DNA of 32,000 nt from Methanothermobacter thermautotrophicus str. Delta H (GCF_000008645.1 NC_000916.1:330001-362000); one strand, 5' to 3'. Positions 1-11,062 are shown, counted from the first letter of the stretch. Notes: generated by a model from the letters alone, not told the origin. Made by a program: numbers and translations.

Positions 1-135
1 CCATTCCAGCAGTTTTAAGCATATTCCCACCCCATCATGTCCTGGAGGTTCCTATGGAGTCACATCCACTTACCGGTTTCTGTGAATATAATCACGAAAA
101 CGACTATGAAAATCCTTAAAATTTATTACTAAATC

Positions 136-210
136 TTCTGTAGAGGGACCCTTCAGATATCAGTAAAAAAAAGTTTCTGTAGAGAAACCTCCAGATATTA
201 GTAAAAAAGG
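136..210. repeat. Two imperfect direct repeats (period ~39 bp) upstream of the eha operon promoter
   Basis: TTCTGTAGAGGGACCCTTCAGATATCAGTAAAAAA followed by TTCTGTAGAGAAACCTCCAGATATTAGTAAAAAA. Confidence 0.7.
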
Positions 211-264
211 CCATAATTTTATTAAGAGGTCTTTTTTAGGTCTAACTCACCTTTTTTAAAAAGA

Positions 265-273
265 TTTATATAT
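265..273 (+). promoter_or_regulatory. Archaeal TATA box of the eha operon
   Basis: TTTATATAT preceded by an A-rich BRE-like stretch (AAAAAGA). It lies ~25 nt upstream of ATG 296. Confidence 0.65.
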
Positions 274-295
274 GTTGGATTATCATTCTTTTATC

Positions 296-589
296 ATGAT
301 TATTCATGTTACATATCTTTCAGGTTACCTAGCAGCCATTATTTCATCGATAATCGTTTCAGCGATACTGGGGCTTCCCCTGACACCTGAAAGGCCGGCC
401 AGGCACTCATGGACACCATCGGCCATCTTCCCGACACCGGTAATTGCACTGGGACTCACAGCAATATCCATAAAACTGGGTGTCACAGGTATCTATGGAG
501 CCGACCTCGGAGCCGTGGCAGGGGTCCTATCAGCAATAATGACTGCATACTTCCTTGAGGATATATTCCCCAGACCGGAGGACTCATGA
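296..589 (+). CDS. ehaA: Energy-converting hydrogenase A subunit A, small integral membrane protein
   Basis: First gene of the 20-gene array; hydrophobic. The track start at 272 lies inside the TATA box, so ATG 296 ([12 protein letters not shown]) is preferred. Confidence 0.8.
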   Translation: MIIHVTYLSGYLAAIISSIIVSAILGLPLTPERPARHSWTPSAIFPTPVIALGLTAISIKLGVTGIYGADLGAVAGVLSAIMTAYFLEDIFPRPEDS

Positions 590-1092
590 TGAATGAACTG
601 GTTGGAGTTGCAGCCGCAGCAGCCATATCCTGGCTGAACTTCGTTGTGATAGACACATGGATGGGTCTCCCTGAGAAGCCAGGTGTGAGGGGGGCCGACT
701 ACATTGGAAGGGACATAGAGAAGAGGGGAGGCGACCTTGCGGGTGGCTTCTTCCAGGGAAACATTGTATGCTCACCGGACGCATCAGCAGGCACCCTCCT
801 CGGCGCCATCGGATGCTACCTCATTGGCGTGCCTGAGGGAGGCCTCGTGGCAGCCCTCCTGGTGTTCATAGGGAACCGTCTCTGCGCCGACCCGGGGTAT
901 GCCGGGACACTCGGGGCCCTCTCCATAACAGTCATAATAGCGCTGGCATCCCTCGCCGGGATGAGCCCCGGGCTCTTCGTCGCCGGGATGGTCATTGCAA
1001 TAACCACCATACAGGGTGTGAGCCACTCCAGATCATCAAGGCTCCTTGGGGCCATAGCCAGGAGGATGAACAGGTACACTGACCTGAAATAG
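586..1092 (+). CDS. ehaB: Energy-converting hydrogenase A subunit B
   Basis: 168 aa multi-helix membrane protein; 4-nt ATGA overlap with ehaA; position in operon. Confidence 0.8.
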   Translation: MMNELVGVAAAAAISWLNFVVIDTWMGLPEKPGVRGADYIGRDIEKRGGDLAGGFFQGNIVCSPDASAGTLLGAIGCYLIGVPEGGLVAALLVFIGNRLCADPGYAGTLGALSITVIIALASLAGMSPGLFVAGMVIAITTIQGVSHSRSSRLLGAIARRMNRYTDLK

Positions 1093-1095
1093 AAG

Positions 1096-1356
1096 GTGTT
1101 AATCATGTTGATCCAGATAACAGGGATAATAGTGGTGCTCATGGCCTTGAGGACACTCCTGGCCCAGGACAGGGCTGAGAGGCTCCTCTACCTCAATGCC
1201 ATGTCCTTTGGAATATCTGCAATGATAGCCCTCTACGTTGGAACCGCCTTTGGCGCTGTCCTTGCAACGGTATACTTTGTGGCATCAACCATAACATCCA
1301 ATGCAATCGCCCACACCCTTGACCGTGTTGGAGAGGAAATGGTTATCGAGGATTAG
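1096..1356 (+). CDS. ehaC: Energy-converting hydrogenase A subunit C
   Basis: 86 aa small membrane protein; operon order. Confidence 0.75.
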   Translation: MLIMLIQITGIIVVLMALRTLLAQDRAERLLYLNAMSFGISAMIALYVGTAFGAVLATVYFVASTITSNAIAHTLDRVGEEMVIED

Positions 1357-1380
1357 GAATATATAGATGATTACTGGTGA

Positions 1381-1659
1381 ATGTTTATGAATCCGATGGA
1401 CCTCCTTAACATTACAAACGTTGGTGTCTTTGTCATATTCACGGGAGCTGCAGGCATCATACTCCTCTCAAGGCCCCTTGATAAGATAATAATGTTTTCG
1501 CTCCTCCAGGGGGGCTTTGTGATGGTCCTTGCAGCTGCAAGGTACCTTGATGTTGCCATGGCAGCGGCCCTCTTTGACCCCATATCAACCATAATACTGC
1601 TGATGGCCGTTATGAGGATAAATGATATAAGGACTTCGAGGGGTGAGGAACTTGCCTGA
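1381..1659 (+). CDS. ehaD: Energy-converting hydrogenase A subunit D
   Basis: 92 aa membrane protein; operon order. Confidence 0.75.
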   Translation: MFMNPMDLLNITNVGVFVIFTGAAGIILLSRPLDKIIMFSLLQGGFVMVLAAARYLDVAMAAALFDPISTIILLMAVMRINDIRTSRGEELA

Positions 1660-1694
1660 GGCTTCCATGTTCTCATTCAGGATTATTTACGGGG

Positions 1695-1964
1695 GTGAGG
1701 AACTTGCTTGAGACCCAGATCTGGTTCTATGCAGGGGCAGCCCTTGTGGTGATAGGTTCAATCGCAACCGTGGCAGGTCCGGGTGTCAGGGACCCCATTG
1801 TGAGGATCCTCAACACCGAGATACCTGCGGTTGGTGTTTCACTCATATTCCTCACCTACAACCACACCCTTGCCCTCCTGACCTTCATCGCGGCAACAAC
1901 CATAATGACACTGGTACTCCTCAGGGCGGTTATAAGGCTTGAGGAGATGGGGGTGGAATTATGA
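1695..1964 (+). CDS. ehaE: Energy-converting hydrogenase A subunit E
   Basis: 89 aa membrane protein; GTG start; 4-nt overlap with the next gene. Confidence 0.75.
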   Translation: MRNLLETQIWFYAGAALVVIGSIATVAGPGVRDPIVRILNTEIPAVGVSLIFLTYNHTLALLTFIAATTIMTLVLLRAVIRLEEMGVEL

Positions 1965-2440
1965 GTCTTGGAAGAATCCTGAATGAACTTGCGAACCCCA
2001 AGAGGATACCCAGACTCTTCGCCTTCTCCCTGGGCCTGATACTCCTTGTAGGATTCCTTGTACCCATCACCCTGAACCCTGATCAGCTCTACCCGAGGCC
2101 ACTGCCCCAGGAACAGATAAACAGCAAGGACCCCCTGGCACCCTATGACCGTGGGGGAGTACCCCTGGAGAAGCCAGGCGATGTGAAGTCACAGTACCCC
2201 CAGTTTGAGGTTAACCTGGGTAAGATAACAGCCTACCTCTCACCCATTGCAATAGCTGTTAAGGGCCTGACGGTGTACTTCGGTACATCCATATACTCCT
2301 CCCCTGGTGGGCTCATAGATGAGATACTCTACTACACCAGGGGCCTTGACACGGTCCTGGAGTCAAGCATACTGATGATGGCCTTCACCATAGCCTCATG
2401 GGTCGCCCTTAACTTCACTATGAGGAGGCGCAGGTCATGA
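1961..2440 (+). CDS. ehaF: Energy-converting hydrogenase A subunit F
   Basis: 159 aa protein with N- and C-terminal hydrophobic segments; operon order. Confidence 0.75.
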   Translation: MSLGRILNELANPKRIPRLFAFSLGLILLVGFLVPITLNPDQLYPRPLPQEQINSKDPLAPYDRGGVPLEKPGDVKSQYPQFEVNLGKITAYLSPIAIAVKGLTVYFGTSIYSSPGGLIDEILYYTRGLDTVLESSILMMAFTIASWVALNFTMRRRRS

Positions 2441-2513
2441 TGTCAGGGAGATGTCTGGAGAGGTTTGTGATGATCACCCTTTCACTGTTCCAGAGAAGTG
2501 TGGAGGCACATTT

Positions 2514-3176
2514 ATGATGGTCCCGGAATTCACCCTTTCACTGTTCCAGCCCGCCATTTACACGGGCCTCATAGCAGGATTCATAGCGCTACTCGGGATA
2601 TCATTCCAGAAGAATGACCTGAGCGCGCTGATAATCACGGACATAGTTGGAATAGCAATGCTCGTAATCGTTGCAGCCGTTGGAACCGACCTCGCAGAGG
2701 CCCTCATACTCCCGGGTCTCGTGGTCGAACTGGCTGAGATAATGGCCATATCAGAGATACTCATATCAAGGGAGATGAGGATACTGGGGGAGGTGCCGGT
2801 GGTTGAACACAGACCCATGGAACTTGAGGTGTTCAGGACAGCCCCCAACTTCCTTGCTCTGATACTCATCGCCTACGGTGTTTTCCTCACAGGGTTCACC
2901 GGGGGTGCTGTTGCCGGGGCAGGGATACTCTTCTACGTAGCTACCAGGAGGGCCAGGGGCCTTCCCACAGTGGAGTGGGATGGGATTGCAGGTATCTCCG
3001 GTGTAACATGGTGCCTCTGGCTTGCAGGTTTTCTGATATTCTTCACCGCCCCACAGCTCTGGCTGCCGGCCCTCTTCATGTCAGGATGCGGCATACTCAT
3101 AAAGGTCGCCAGCAAGATGGGCCTCATCGGGGTCCTTGCAAGGGAGGAGATCAGGGAAGCAGGGGGTGATGAGTGA
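2514..3176 (+). CDS. ehaG: Energy-converting hydrogenase A subunit G
   Basis: Membrane protein. Start chosen at ATG 2514 ([12 protein letters not shown]), 8 nt after the GGAGG at 2502-2506, rather than the 2451 track start. Confidence 0.75.
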   Translation: MMVPEFTLSLFQPAIYTGLIAGFIALLGISFQKNDLSALIITDIVGIAMLVIVAAVGTDLAEALILPGLVVELAEIMAISEILISREMRILGEVPVVEHRPMELEVFRTAPNFLALILIAYGVFLTGFTGGAVAGAGILFYVATRRARGLPTVEWDGIAGISGVTWCLWLAGFLIFFTAPQLWLPALFMSGCGILIKVASKMGLIGVLAREEIREAGGDE

Positions 3177-3847
3177 TGGATATAGCGTCCCTGGGAGGTG
3201 AACTCCTCGGCCAGATACCCTTCGGTGATATCGTACTCTACCTGACACCCTTCAACCTCTTCATGTTTGCAGCCGTGCTCATATTCACCTTCCTCATAGC
3301 CATAAGCAGGACCGAGACCCAGGTTGAAACCGAGTTCGGGACACTGGGCAACAGGCGCGTGGAGGTCGACACCGCCGAGTTCAGGATCAGGCGGTTCCTG
3401 GCCATTGTCTGCGGACTTGCAACAGCCGGTGCAATGGTGACAGGTGACCTCTTCAACTTCACCCTCTTCGTGGCACTCATAGGTATCGTGAACATAGGTA
3501 TAGTTTCGGCGGTGAGGCAGGTTGAGGTCCTTGACGCGGCCTTCCAGTATGGACTGATAGCCATGATGGCCTCACTCCCACTGTTCGGGGGCGCAGCCCT
3601 GGTGCTGGGATCATCAGGTACCCTGAGCCTCCTTGAACTATCAGGGATGGCCGGTAACCCCATGATAGTCTTCGCCGCCCTCCTGCTCCTCATGGGTGTT
3701 GTTGGTGAGACCGGTGTCGCACCCTTCTATGCAACCAAGGCCGAGATGTTCCGCACACCGGGTTCACCCTTCATACTTATAATACACCTCAGCTCCCTCC
3801 TGGTGATTGTGAGGGCCATAGAGGTTTTGCTGATAGTTTCACTGTAG
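3173..3847 (+). CDS. ehaH: Energy-converting hydrogenase A subunit H, antiporter-like (NuoN/MrpD-related) membrane subunit
   Basis: 224 aa; segments such as [20 protein letters not shown] and [19 protein letters not shown] resemble the core of proton-pumping antiporter-like subunits. Confidence 0.8.
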   Translation: MMDIASLGGELLGQIPFGDIVLYLTPFNLFMFAAVLIFTFLIAISRTETQVETEFGTLGNRRVEVDTAEFRIRRFLAIVCGLATAGAMVTGDLFNFTLFVALIGIVNIGIVSAVRQVEVLDAAFQYGLIAMMASLPLFGGAALVLGSSGTLSLLELSGMAGNPMIVFAALLLLMGVVGETGVAPFYATKAEMFRTPGSPFILIIHLSSLLVIVRAIEVLLIVSL

Positions 3848-3856
3848 GTGAGATCA

Positions 3857-4072
3857 ATGAACAGGCTCAGAACAGGAAGTTTAACTGCACTCATACTTTC
3901 AGCTGCAGGGATAATCTACGCCCTGATATTCAACCCCCCATCATGGGTTGTATACGGTGTGGCCATATTCCTGATACCTGTCTTCATACTCTCCATTGGT
4001 ATACTCTCCATGGCCAGGCCAGAGGAGGATGAGGCAGAGGACAGGGTTGATGAACCATTCATAGGGTACTGA
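3857..4072 (+). CDS. ehaI: Energy-converting hydrogenase A subunit I
   Basis: ~71 aa, two hydrophobic segments; RBS GGTGA 5 nt before ATG 3857. Confidence 0.7.
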   Translation: MNRLRTGSLTALILSAAGIIYALIFNPPSWVVYGVAIFLIPVFILSIGILSMARPEEDEAEDRVDEPFIGY

Positions 4073-4113
4073 GTTTATGATAATAGAATCATTCCGGTGT
4101 TAATGGTGATGAG

Positions 4114-4977
4114 ATGAATCTGATGGGAAACATCATAGTGAATGTTCTTATAGCATTTCTCATAGGAAGCCTCCTTCTGGGCTTCCAGAGGAAGGTCATG
4201 GCAAGGATACAGAGAAGGCCGGGGCCCCCTGTTATACAGCACCTCCTCCACACCCTGAAGTTCTACGTAAAGGAGTCGTCCTTCCCGAGGACCGCTGCCA
4301 TGCCATTCTACATTGCAATAGCAGCGACACTCTGCGGTATATGGATAAGCGCGGTTATAATCGGGCCGGTGCTTGAGGGTTCCCTCCTGCTGTTCTTCGG
4401 GATCTACGCCCTCCACAAGATAGTTGAACACAATGCAGGGTCTTCATCAGGGTCACCCTACGGTAAGCTCAGCTGCGTCCGTGCAGTGTTCTCAGCTGCA
4501 GCCGAAATGCCGCTCTTCGCTGTCCTTGCAATCATATACCTCCAGACCAGGAAAATGATAATATCAGATATCATAGGGTACCAGAGCATCCACGGGCCCC
4601 TGCTGCTGAAGCTGCCCCTGGCAGCCATGATGTTCTTCGTCCTCATCCTCTCAAAGGCACCCTACTCACCCTTCTCCATCACCAAGGGGAAGGACATAAT
4701 ATCAGGATATGAGACAGAGCACTTCGGGGTCCTCAGGGGTTACCTGATGATCTCGGAGTCCATAGCATGGTACATGCTGCTCTGGATATTCCTCACAGTC
4801 TTCATCGGTGGTCTGAGCCTGCCGCTCTACATACTCGGGATGGTGATAATCACAACCATAACGGCCTTCATAAATGCGACAACACCCATGCTGAACCCGA
4901 ACCACTCGGTGGCCATACAGGTCATCCTGGCCTTCGTGGGTATAGCGGGTTCAATCGTCCTCATGCTTGTAATGTAG
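4114..4977 (+). CDS. ehaJ: Energy-converting hydrogenase A subunit J, NuoH/HycD-like membrane subunit
   Basis: 287 aa; [37 protein letters not shown] matches the NuoH/EchB-type quinone-site loop (RxQxRxGP). Confidence 0.88.
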   Translation: MNLMGNIIVNVLIAFLIGSLLLGFQRKVMARIQRRPGPPVIQHLLHTLKFYVKESSFPRTAAMPFYIAIAATLCGIWISAVIIGPVLEGSLLLFFGIYALHKIVEHNAGSSSGSPYGKLSCVRAVFSAAAEMPLFAVLAIIYLQTRKMIISDIIGYQSIHGPLLLKLPLAAMMFFVLILSKAPYSPFSITKGKDIISGYETEHFGVLRGYLMISESIAWYMLLWIFLTVFIGGLSLPLYILGMVIITTITAFINATTPMLNPNHSVAIQVILAFVGIAGSIVLMLVM

Positions 4978-5032
4978 AAGACATGATGTGGAATGAAAAT
5001 GGAAGGGATTTAATCAGAAAAGAGGGGATTTA

Positions 5033-5284
5033 ATGGAAAGGGATCTTACCTTACTCACCGCACTGGTTGCAGGGGGCGTTATAGCTGTGAGTCTCCTTGC
5101 AGCCATCATGCAGAGAATGTCTGTGGCTCTTATAACAATCCTTGGAGTGCTGTTCACGGTTCTTCTGCTCCTGGCGGGCCGTGAAGGGTTCTCCAGGTTC
5201 TCAGAGGACCTCGAGAGGGCAGCATTCTTTGCGGTGCTTGCCATGTTTATAGTATCATTCATAATACTTTACAGACCATTATAA
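5033..5284 (+). CDS. ehaK: Energy-converting hydrogenase A subunit K
   Basis: 83 aa membrane protein; operon order. Confidence 0.72.
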   Translation: MERDLTLLTALVAGGVIAVSLLAAIMQRMSVALITILGVLFTVLLLLAGREGFSRFSEDLERAAFFAVLAMFIVSFIILYRPL

Positions 5285-5297
5285 GTGGAGTTCACTG

Positions 5298-5624
5298 GTG
5301 ATAATCTTGTATGAAATATACCTGGTATACACGGTTTCCTTTATCGCGGGCTCGGTGCTGGGCCTGCTGCTCAGTTACAGGAAGTACAGGGAGCCCTTCG
5401 TGGATGAAAAGATCGATCCACTGGCCCTTGTGGTTGCAGTGGCAGGGTGGACTGTCCTTGTGAATGCAGGGCATCTGCCCCTCACTGATCTCATGAGGAC
5501 GGCCGGGCTCTTCATGGTGGCCCTGGTTGCAGGGATGAGGCCGGGCTACGGTAGATACGAGACCCTCACAGGGGCTATCCTGGCCCTCCTGATCTGGCTG
5601 ATTTCAGGGACTCTGGGGTGGTAA
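5298..5624 (+). CDS. ehaL: Energy-converting hydrogenase A subunit L
   Basis: 108 aa membrane protein. GTG 5298 overlaps the only GGTG RBS, so TTG 5307 is an alternative start. Confidence 0.72.
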   Translation: MIILYEIYLVYTVSFIAGSVLGLLLSYRKYREPFVDEKIDPLALVVAVAGWTVLVNAGHLPLTDLMRTAGLFMVALVAGMRPGYGRYETLTGAILALLIWLISGTLGW

Positions 5625-5627
5625 TCA

Positions 5628-6008
5628 ATGGATGAAGGAGAACTAATGCGGCTGATGAAGAGGAGGATACTTGAGAGTTACCGCTGGCAGGAGGATGTTG
5701 TAAAGCCACTATCCAGGGAACTTGAAATTGACGTTGAGGAATTCCAGGACATACTCATGGACAAACTCGACATGTCGAGCCTGGAGGCCCTGCACCCCAG
5801 GTTCGAGTCGGCAAGGCCGAGGTGTATCAGGGAGAAGCTCCACAGTGACCTCCAGCTCTGCTGGCTCGTTGATGTCATGGAGATCATAAGTGTGGATGAT
5901 GCCGAGGCCCTCAAGGATGAGATCACAGAGCTGGTCCTGGCAGGGAGGGAGTACTCCGAGGCCCTCAGTGAGGGCAGGAGGAGGCTCCATGAGATACTGA
6001 GATCATGA
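5628..6008 (+). CDS. ehaM: Energy-converting hydrogenase A subunit M, soluble
   Basis: 126 aa charged hydrophilic protein immediately before the small subunit; operon order. Confidence 0.75.
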   Translation: MDEGELMRLMKRRILESYRWQEDVVKPLSRELEIDVEEFQDILMDKLDMSSLEALHPRFESARPRCIREKLHSDLQLCWLVDVMEIISVDDAEALKDEITELVLAGREYSEALSEGRRRLHEILRS

Positions 6009-6048
6009 TGAACTTCAATCAATAAAGAGCAAATGCTGAGGTAAAGAA

Positions 6049-6495
6049 ATGTTGGATGCCCTTAAAAGTATTCTGAGGAAAACATCAATCCATGTATGCC
6101 TTGTAAATACAGGGGGGTGCAACGGCTGTGATATAGAGGTCCTCGCACTCCTCTCACCAAGATATGACCTTGAACAGTACGGTATATACGTCCACCAGAA
6201 CCCCAGGGAGGCCGATGTCATACTTGTAACCGGTGCAGTTACAGAGCAGTGGAGGGAGAAACTCCAGAGGATCTACCGCAAGGCACCGGAGCCAAAGATA
6301 GTGGTGGCCCTGGGCAACTGTCCAATATCCGGTGACGTATTCAACCAGGAGGGTGGAAGCGTCTATGCACCGGTCTCCGACTTCATACCGGTGGATGCAG
6401 AGGTGCCCGGCTGCCCCCCCAGACCATCAGAGATACTTGAAGCAATACTGGCGGTGGCGCCCGGGGCCATAGCAGAGAGGGGGAAGAAGAGATGA
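6049..6495 (+). CDS. ehaN: [NiFe]-hydrogenase small subunit (group 4)
   Basis: 148 aa; [26 protein letters not shown] with the CxGC motif, and [13 protein letters not shown]. Confidence 0.92.
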   Translation: MLDALKSILRKTSIHVCLVNTGGCNGCDIEVLALLSPRYDLEQYGIYVHQNPREADVILVTGAVTEQWREKLQRIYRKAPEPKIVVALGNCPISGDVFNQEGGSVYAPVSDFIPVDAEVPGCPPRPSEILEAILAVAPGAIAERGKKR

Positions 6496-7604
6496 TACTG
6501 CCACTTGGACCCATGCACCCGGGATACAAGGAGCCCATAAGGCTCAAGGTGAAGACCCGGGGTGAAAAGGTTCTCAAAGCCGAAATAGAATACGGATACG
6601 TTCACAGGGGAATAGAGAGGGTTATGAGGAACAAGACCTGGCAGAAGGCCATCTACCTCTCTGAACGCGTCTGCGGGATATGTTCATACATACACACACA
6701 GACCTTTGCAGAGGCCTTTGAGGCCATATCAGAGGTCGAGGCACCCCCCAGGGCACAGTTCCTCCGTGCATTAACAAACGAGCTTGACAGGATACAGAGT
6801 CACCTCATCGCAAATTCAACCTACTTCAAGGCCCTGGACCATGAGACCATGTTCATGTACATGCTGGCCCTCAGGGAGCCTGTAATGGACGCCATCGAGC
6901 TCCTGACAGGTAACCGGGTCAACATGGGCTGGAACGTGGTGGGTGGCGTGAGGATGGACGCCTCAGAGAGCCACCTGTCAATGATAAGGGAGATCATAGT
7001 TGACCTTGAAAGAGAGTTCGACCGTTACGTTGAGATGTTCGAGCACGGCCCACTCATAGGCCTCAGGTCAAGGGAGGTCGGTTACATGAGCCAGGAGGAG
7101 GCAGAGAAGGCCAGGGCCGTTGGACCTATAGGGAGGGCCTCGGGTATAAGGTATGACTTCAGGGAGGACCACCCCACCTACAGGGACCACCTGGACTTCA
7201 GGACCATCTGGAGGGATGATGGCGACAACTTTGCACGGGTCATGAACCGTTTCGATGAGATCAGGGTCTCAATTGACCTCATAAAGCAGGTCATAGATGA
7301 CATGCCAGGGGGACCCGTCAGGACGAAGGTTGACGTGAAGGCGGGTTACGGTGAGTGGAGAAACGAGGCCCCCCGGGGAGAGGTGGCCTACATGATTGAA
7401 ACCAACGGCAACCTCATAAAGAACATATCCATAAGGACCCCGAGCATAATGAACATTGACGCCTGCGCAAAGTACATGCTGAGGGACGTGGCAACAGTTG
7501 CAGACGCCGTTGCAACATATGCAAGCGCTGATCCATGCATAGCATGCGCAGAGAGGGTCATGGTTGTTGATGAAGAGAGTGGGGAGAGGGAGATACTCCT
7601 CTAA
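6492..7604 (+). CDS. ehaO: [NiFe]-hydrogenase large subunit (group 4)
   Basis: 370 aa; N-terminal [11 protein letters not shown] and C-terminal DPCIAC Ni-ligand motifs; ATGA overlap with ehaN. Confidence 0.95.
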   Translation: MILPLGPMHPGYKEPIRLKVKTRGEKVLKAEIEYGYVHRGIERVMRNKTWQKAIYLSERVCGICSYIHTQTFAEAFEAISEVEAPPRAQFLRALTNELDRIQSHLIANSTYFKALDHETMFMYMLALREPVMDAIELLTGNRVNMGWNVVGGVRMDASESHLSMIREIIVDLEREFDRYVEMFEHGPLIGLRSREVGYMSQEEAEKARAVGPIGRASGIRYDFREDHPTYRDHLDFRTIWRDDGDNFARVMNRFDEIRVSIDLIKQVIDDMPGGPVRTKVDVKAGYGEWRNEAPRGEVAYMIETNGNLIKNISIRTPSIMNIDACAKYMLRDVATVADAVATYASADPCIACAERVMVVDEESGEREILL

Positions 7605-7627
7605 TAAATGCGTGATGTTGATGTCCT

Positions 7628-8653
7628 ATGTCCTCTGTAATATGGTACCTTTACGAGTTTGCCCGTAAGTCCTGGGCAGAGAAATTCGCCAATGCACACA
7701 CAGAACACGAGATCCTTGAAAAACCAGAGAGATTCAGGGATTTCCCCACAGTTAAGAGGGAGTACTGCATAGGCTGTGGGGCCTGCACAACGGCCTGTCC
7801 TGCCCCTGGCGCAATAAAACTGGTCCGTGACACCGACACGGCCGAGGAGGAGGGTCAGACCTACCCTGTCATAGTCAGGGGTGCGTGCATCAGGTGCGGC
7901 TTCTGCGCCGAGGTCTGCCCCACCGACCCCAAGACAATTGAATGCGGAGAGAATCACCTCATAAGGGAAGAGTTCACCATAGTACCCTCAGAGAAGCTCT
8001 ATGTCATAGATGACTACCTCTGCATACGCTGCAAGAAGTGCATGAAGGCCTGCCCGGTGGATGCAATAACCGAGAAGGACGGCAGGGTCGAGGTTGACCA
8101 GGGCAGGTGCATAGCCTGCGGTGAATGCCTCGAGAAGTGTCCTGTCAAGGGCGCCCTCAAGGTGATACACGTCGCCTACGTCGAGGAACAGAAGATGGTC
8201 ATAAACCTGGCGGTCAATGAACTGGAATCAGCCATAGAGGAGAAGAGCGAGGATATAAAGAAACTCGAAGCCGAAGGTGTCTACAGGATGAATTACCCCC
8301 TGAAACCCCTCCTCGAGAGGGCCCTTGAGATCCTCCCGGATGAGGAGATAGTCAGGGACCTCCTCGAGAAGATAACCGACCGCCTCAAGATGCGCATCAT
8401 AACATGGAGCCCCGAAAAATGTGTGCAGTGCCGTTTATGCGTGGATGAATGCCCATCAGGAGCCATAACCTACTCAGAGGATGAAGGAATCGTGAGGGAC
8501 CCTGATAAGTGTCTCAGGTGCAGCACATGCTACCAGACATGCCCCTTCGGTGTTGCAGGGTACTACGTTGCAAGGTTCCTCATAGATGAATCCAATGGAG
8601 AAGAGATGATAAGGATAACCATAAAACCGGCGGCTCTTCCTGTAAAGCGATGA
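7628..8653 (+). CDS. ehaP: 6[4Fe-4S] polyferredoxin
   Basis: Six CxxCxxCxxxCP-type motifs counted in the 341 aa translation. Confidence 0.92.
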   Translation: MSSVIWYLYEFARKSWAEKFANAHTEHEILEKPERFRDFPTVKREYCIGCGACTTACPAPGAIKLVRDTDTAEEEGQTYPVIVRGACIRCGFCAEVCPTDPKTIECGENHLIREEFTIVPSEKLYVIDDYLCIRCKKCMKACPVDAITEKDGRVEVDQGRCIACGECLEKCPVKGALKVIHVAYVEEQKMVINLAVNELESAIEEKSEDIKKLEAEGVYRMNYPLKPLLERALEILPDEEIVRDLLEKITDRLKMRIITWSPEKCVQCRLCVDECPSGAITYSEDEGIVRDPDKCLRCSTCYQTCPFGVAGYYVARFLIDESNGEEMIRITIKPAALPVKR

Positions 8654-8686
8654 GGAGATGATAAAATTCCAGCTGCAGCAAAACCC

Positions 8687-10013
8687 GTGAAGCCCCTGAG
8701 GGAAGTTGACGTTGACTATGATATTGACAGTGAGAAGTGCAGGGAATGCCCTGATAAGCCGTGCCTCAGCTCATGCCCGGTGGACGCGATACACCTGGAC
8801 CCTGACACCGGCGAGGTTGAGATAGACAGACAAATGCTTTGGGTGCGTCCTCTGCAGGGAGGCCTGCCCCTACGATGCCATAAAGATGAGGACAACCATG
8901 GCAGAGCCTGTCAGGGAGAACGTGCCCGTGATAAACCCCAGGATCTGCAGGGGCTGCGGTGCCTGTGTCTCAGCCTGCAGGACAGGGGCCATACACTTGG
9001 TGTCATCGGGTGAAACAGGGGTCCACAGTGAGATAGACGAGGATAAATGTGTCCGTTGCAGTTACTGTGCAAGGGCATGCCCCACAGAGGCCATAAAGTA
9101 CGGTGAGATCCTCCCCAGGTCAGTGGTGGGGGGTAAGGCCGTGGTGATTAACCAGAGGGACTGCATAGGATGCATGACCTGCACCAGGGTCTGCCCCTCA
9201 AGGGGGGCCATAAAGGTTGGTAAGATCAACAGGTTACCCTACATAGACCCCTCCTACTGTGCAAGGTGCGAGGAATGCATGGACGTATGCCCCTCAGCAG
9301 CCATCAGGTACTCCTCAAGGAAGAGGGCCTACGAGAACTTCTCAAAACTCAACAACCTGGAGATAGCAGGGGAGATACTTGAAAGGGAATCAGAGAAACT
9401 CGTGAAAAACCTTGGAAGGATGGACTCTGTTCTGAGGGACGTGAAGAGAAGGTTCTCGGCTGAAAGCCCGGAATACAGTGTGGATGTCACCGATGAAATA
9501 AGGGATGGCATAGAGGAACTGGTCGACTCCAACCTCCAGATACATGAACTCAACCACATAATAGACTTCACCAAACCCGCGAGGAGAATAAGGGTACTCG
9601 AGGACAGGTGTATAGGGTGCGGGCTCTGTGTGGATGAGTGCCCGGTGGGTGTCATAGAACCGGAGGTCCCGGCCCCCGTGAAGATACTTGATGGGTGTGT
9701 TTTCTGCGGAAGATGCAGGGGCGTATGCCCGGTCGATGCCATCGAGATCACAGAGGAGGGATTCAGGGCCAGGGATGGCAGGATATACCTTGAGAGGAGG
9801 GTCCTGACAGGTCCGAGGAGGGGTTCGGTTGAGGTAGACCACATGGTCTGCCAGAGGTGCGGTGTATGCGTTAACCACTGTCCCGTTGATGCCATGACCC
9901 TCAATACTGAGGTTGAGGTCGACGCTGATAGATGCATACTCTGCGGTGAATGCCAGGACATATGCCCTGTAACAGCTGTAAGGCTGAACCTGGAGGATGA
10001 TAAGGTTGAATAG
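8687..10013 (+). CDS. ehaQ: 10[4Fe-4S] polyferredoxin, interrupted by a frameshift near 8831
   Basis: Frame 1 (from 8687) carries cluster 1. The alternate frame from ~8832 reads [23 protein letters not shown] and continues with eight more clusters, giving ten in total. Confidence 0.9.
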
Positions 10014-11021
10014 GGTTTTCGTAACAGACTGCGAGGGTCCCATCTCACTCAACGATAACGCCTTCGAAGCTGCAGCCCACTTCATACCCGACGGTGACAG
10101 GTTCTTCAGGAAGGTGAGCGAATTTGATGACATACTGGCCGACGAGATCCGGAGGCCGGGCTACAATGCAGGGGACACCCTCAAACTGATAGTCCCGTTC
10201 CTCATAGCCCACGGAGTCACCGATGAGAAGCTGAGGGAGTTCTCAGAGAGGACCCTGAGACTCGTTCCGGGGGCTGATGAAACCCTGAAACTTGCAGGGA
10301 GGCTCATGCCATCCTACATCGTAAGCACAAGCTACAGACACTACATCGAGGCCCTCTGCAAGCACCTTAACTTTCCCCTGGAGAACACCAGGCACACCAC
10401 CCTCAGCCTTGACGTGGAGATCCCAAATGAGGAGAGGGAGGCGCTGGTGAGGCTACGCGAGGATGTCATCGAGGGTGACTTTGAGGACCTGGATGAGATA
10501 TTCTTCCACCTCATACCGGGTATGGAGGCCGGGAAGATACTCGACGGGGTGAAGACCGTTGGCGGTGACGGTAAGAGGGTTGCCCTCCTGGAGATCCTCT
10601 CTGAACTCGAACTTCCCCCTGAATCCGCCATGTACGTGGGTGACAGCATAACCGATGTTGAACCACTCAGGGAACTCAATGGGAGGGGCCTTGCGGTGTC
10701 CTTCAACGGTAACCACTATGCCCTCAGGGAGGCGGAGGTGGCGGTCATCTCCACCGACTCAAGGGCCCTCACCCCCCTGATAGACCTTCACTCAAGGTTC
10801 GGGAGGGACTACATCCTGGAATTCATCAGGGCCTACTCTGAAAACCTGAAAGGGCCCTTGAATCCTTCAGGATAGACTTCAGAGTGGTGGATGAGTTCAG
10901 GAGAGTGTTCAGAGGTGACTACCCGATCATAACGGTTATTGAGGAGGCAGAGGACCTCCTGGACGCAAGCATGGAGGTCAGAAAGAACATCCGGGGAGAG
11001 GACGTCGGATCCCTCGGCTGA
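10006..11021 (+). CDS. ehaR: HAD-superfamily protein (Eha subunit R), frameshifted near 10848
   Basis: [16 protein letters not shown] and [13 protein letters not shown] are HAD motifs I, II and IV-like. TTG 10006 sits 8 nt after GGAGG. The reading frame resumes as [57 protein letters not shown]. Confidence 0.78.
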
Positions 11022-11062
11022 ATCCCTGGATGTGCTTACATTCAGCATGGTTGTGATGCTCA

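Noticed and set aside
136-210. Short CRISPR array
   Set aside because: Only two imperfect repeats with almost no spacer between them and no cas genes.
5003-5035. Small repeat GGGATTTAAT before ehaK
   Set aside because: Very short and AT-rich; probably coincidental or simply RBS-proximal sequence.
5801-5825. tRNA T-arm-like GGTTCGAGTC
   Set aside because: Located inside ehaM with no acceptor or anticodon stems that fold around it.
7601-7957. 118-aa antisense ORF over ehaP
   Set aside because: Opposite a clear 6[4Fe-4S] protein; no homologous motif.
9329-10133. Long antisense ORFs (239 and 247 aa) opposite ehaQ and ehaR
   Set aside because: They are antisense shadows of strongly supported polyferredoxin/HAD coding sequence, with low-complexity Ser/Thr/Pro-rich translations and no promoter or RBS.
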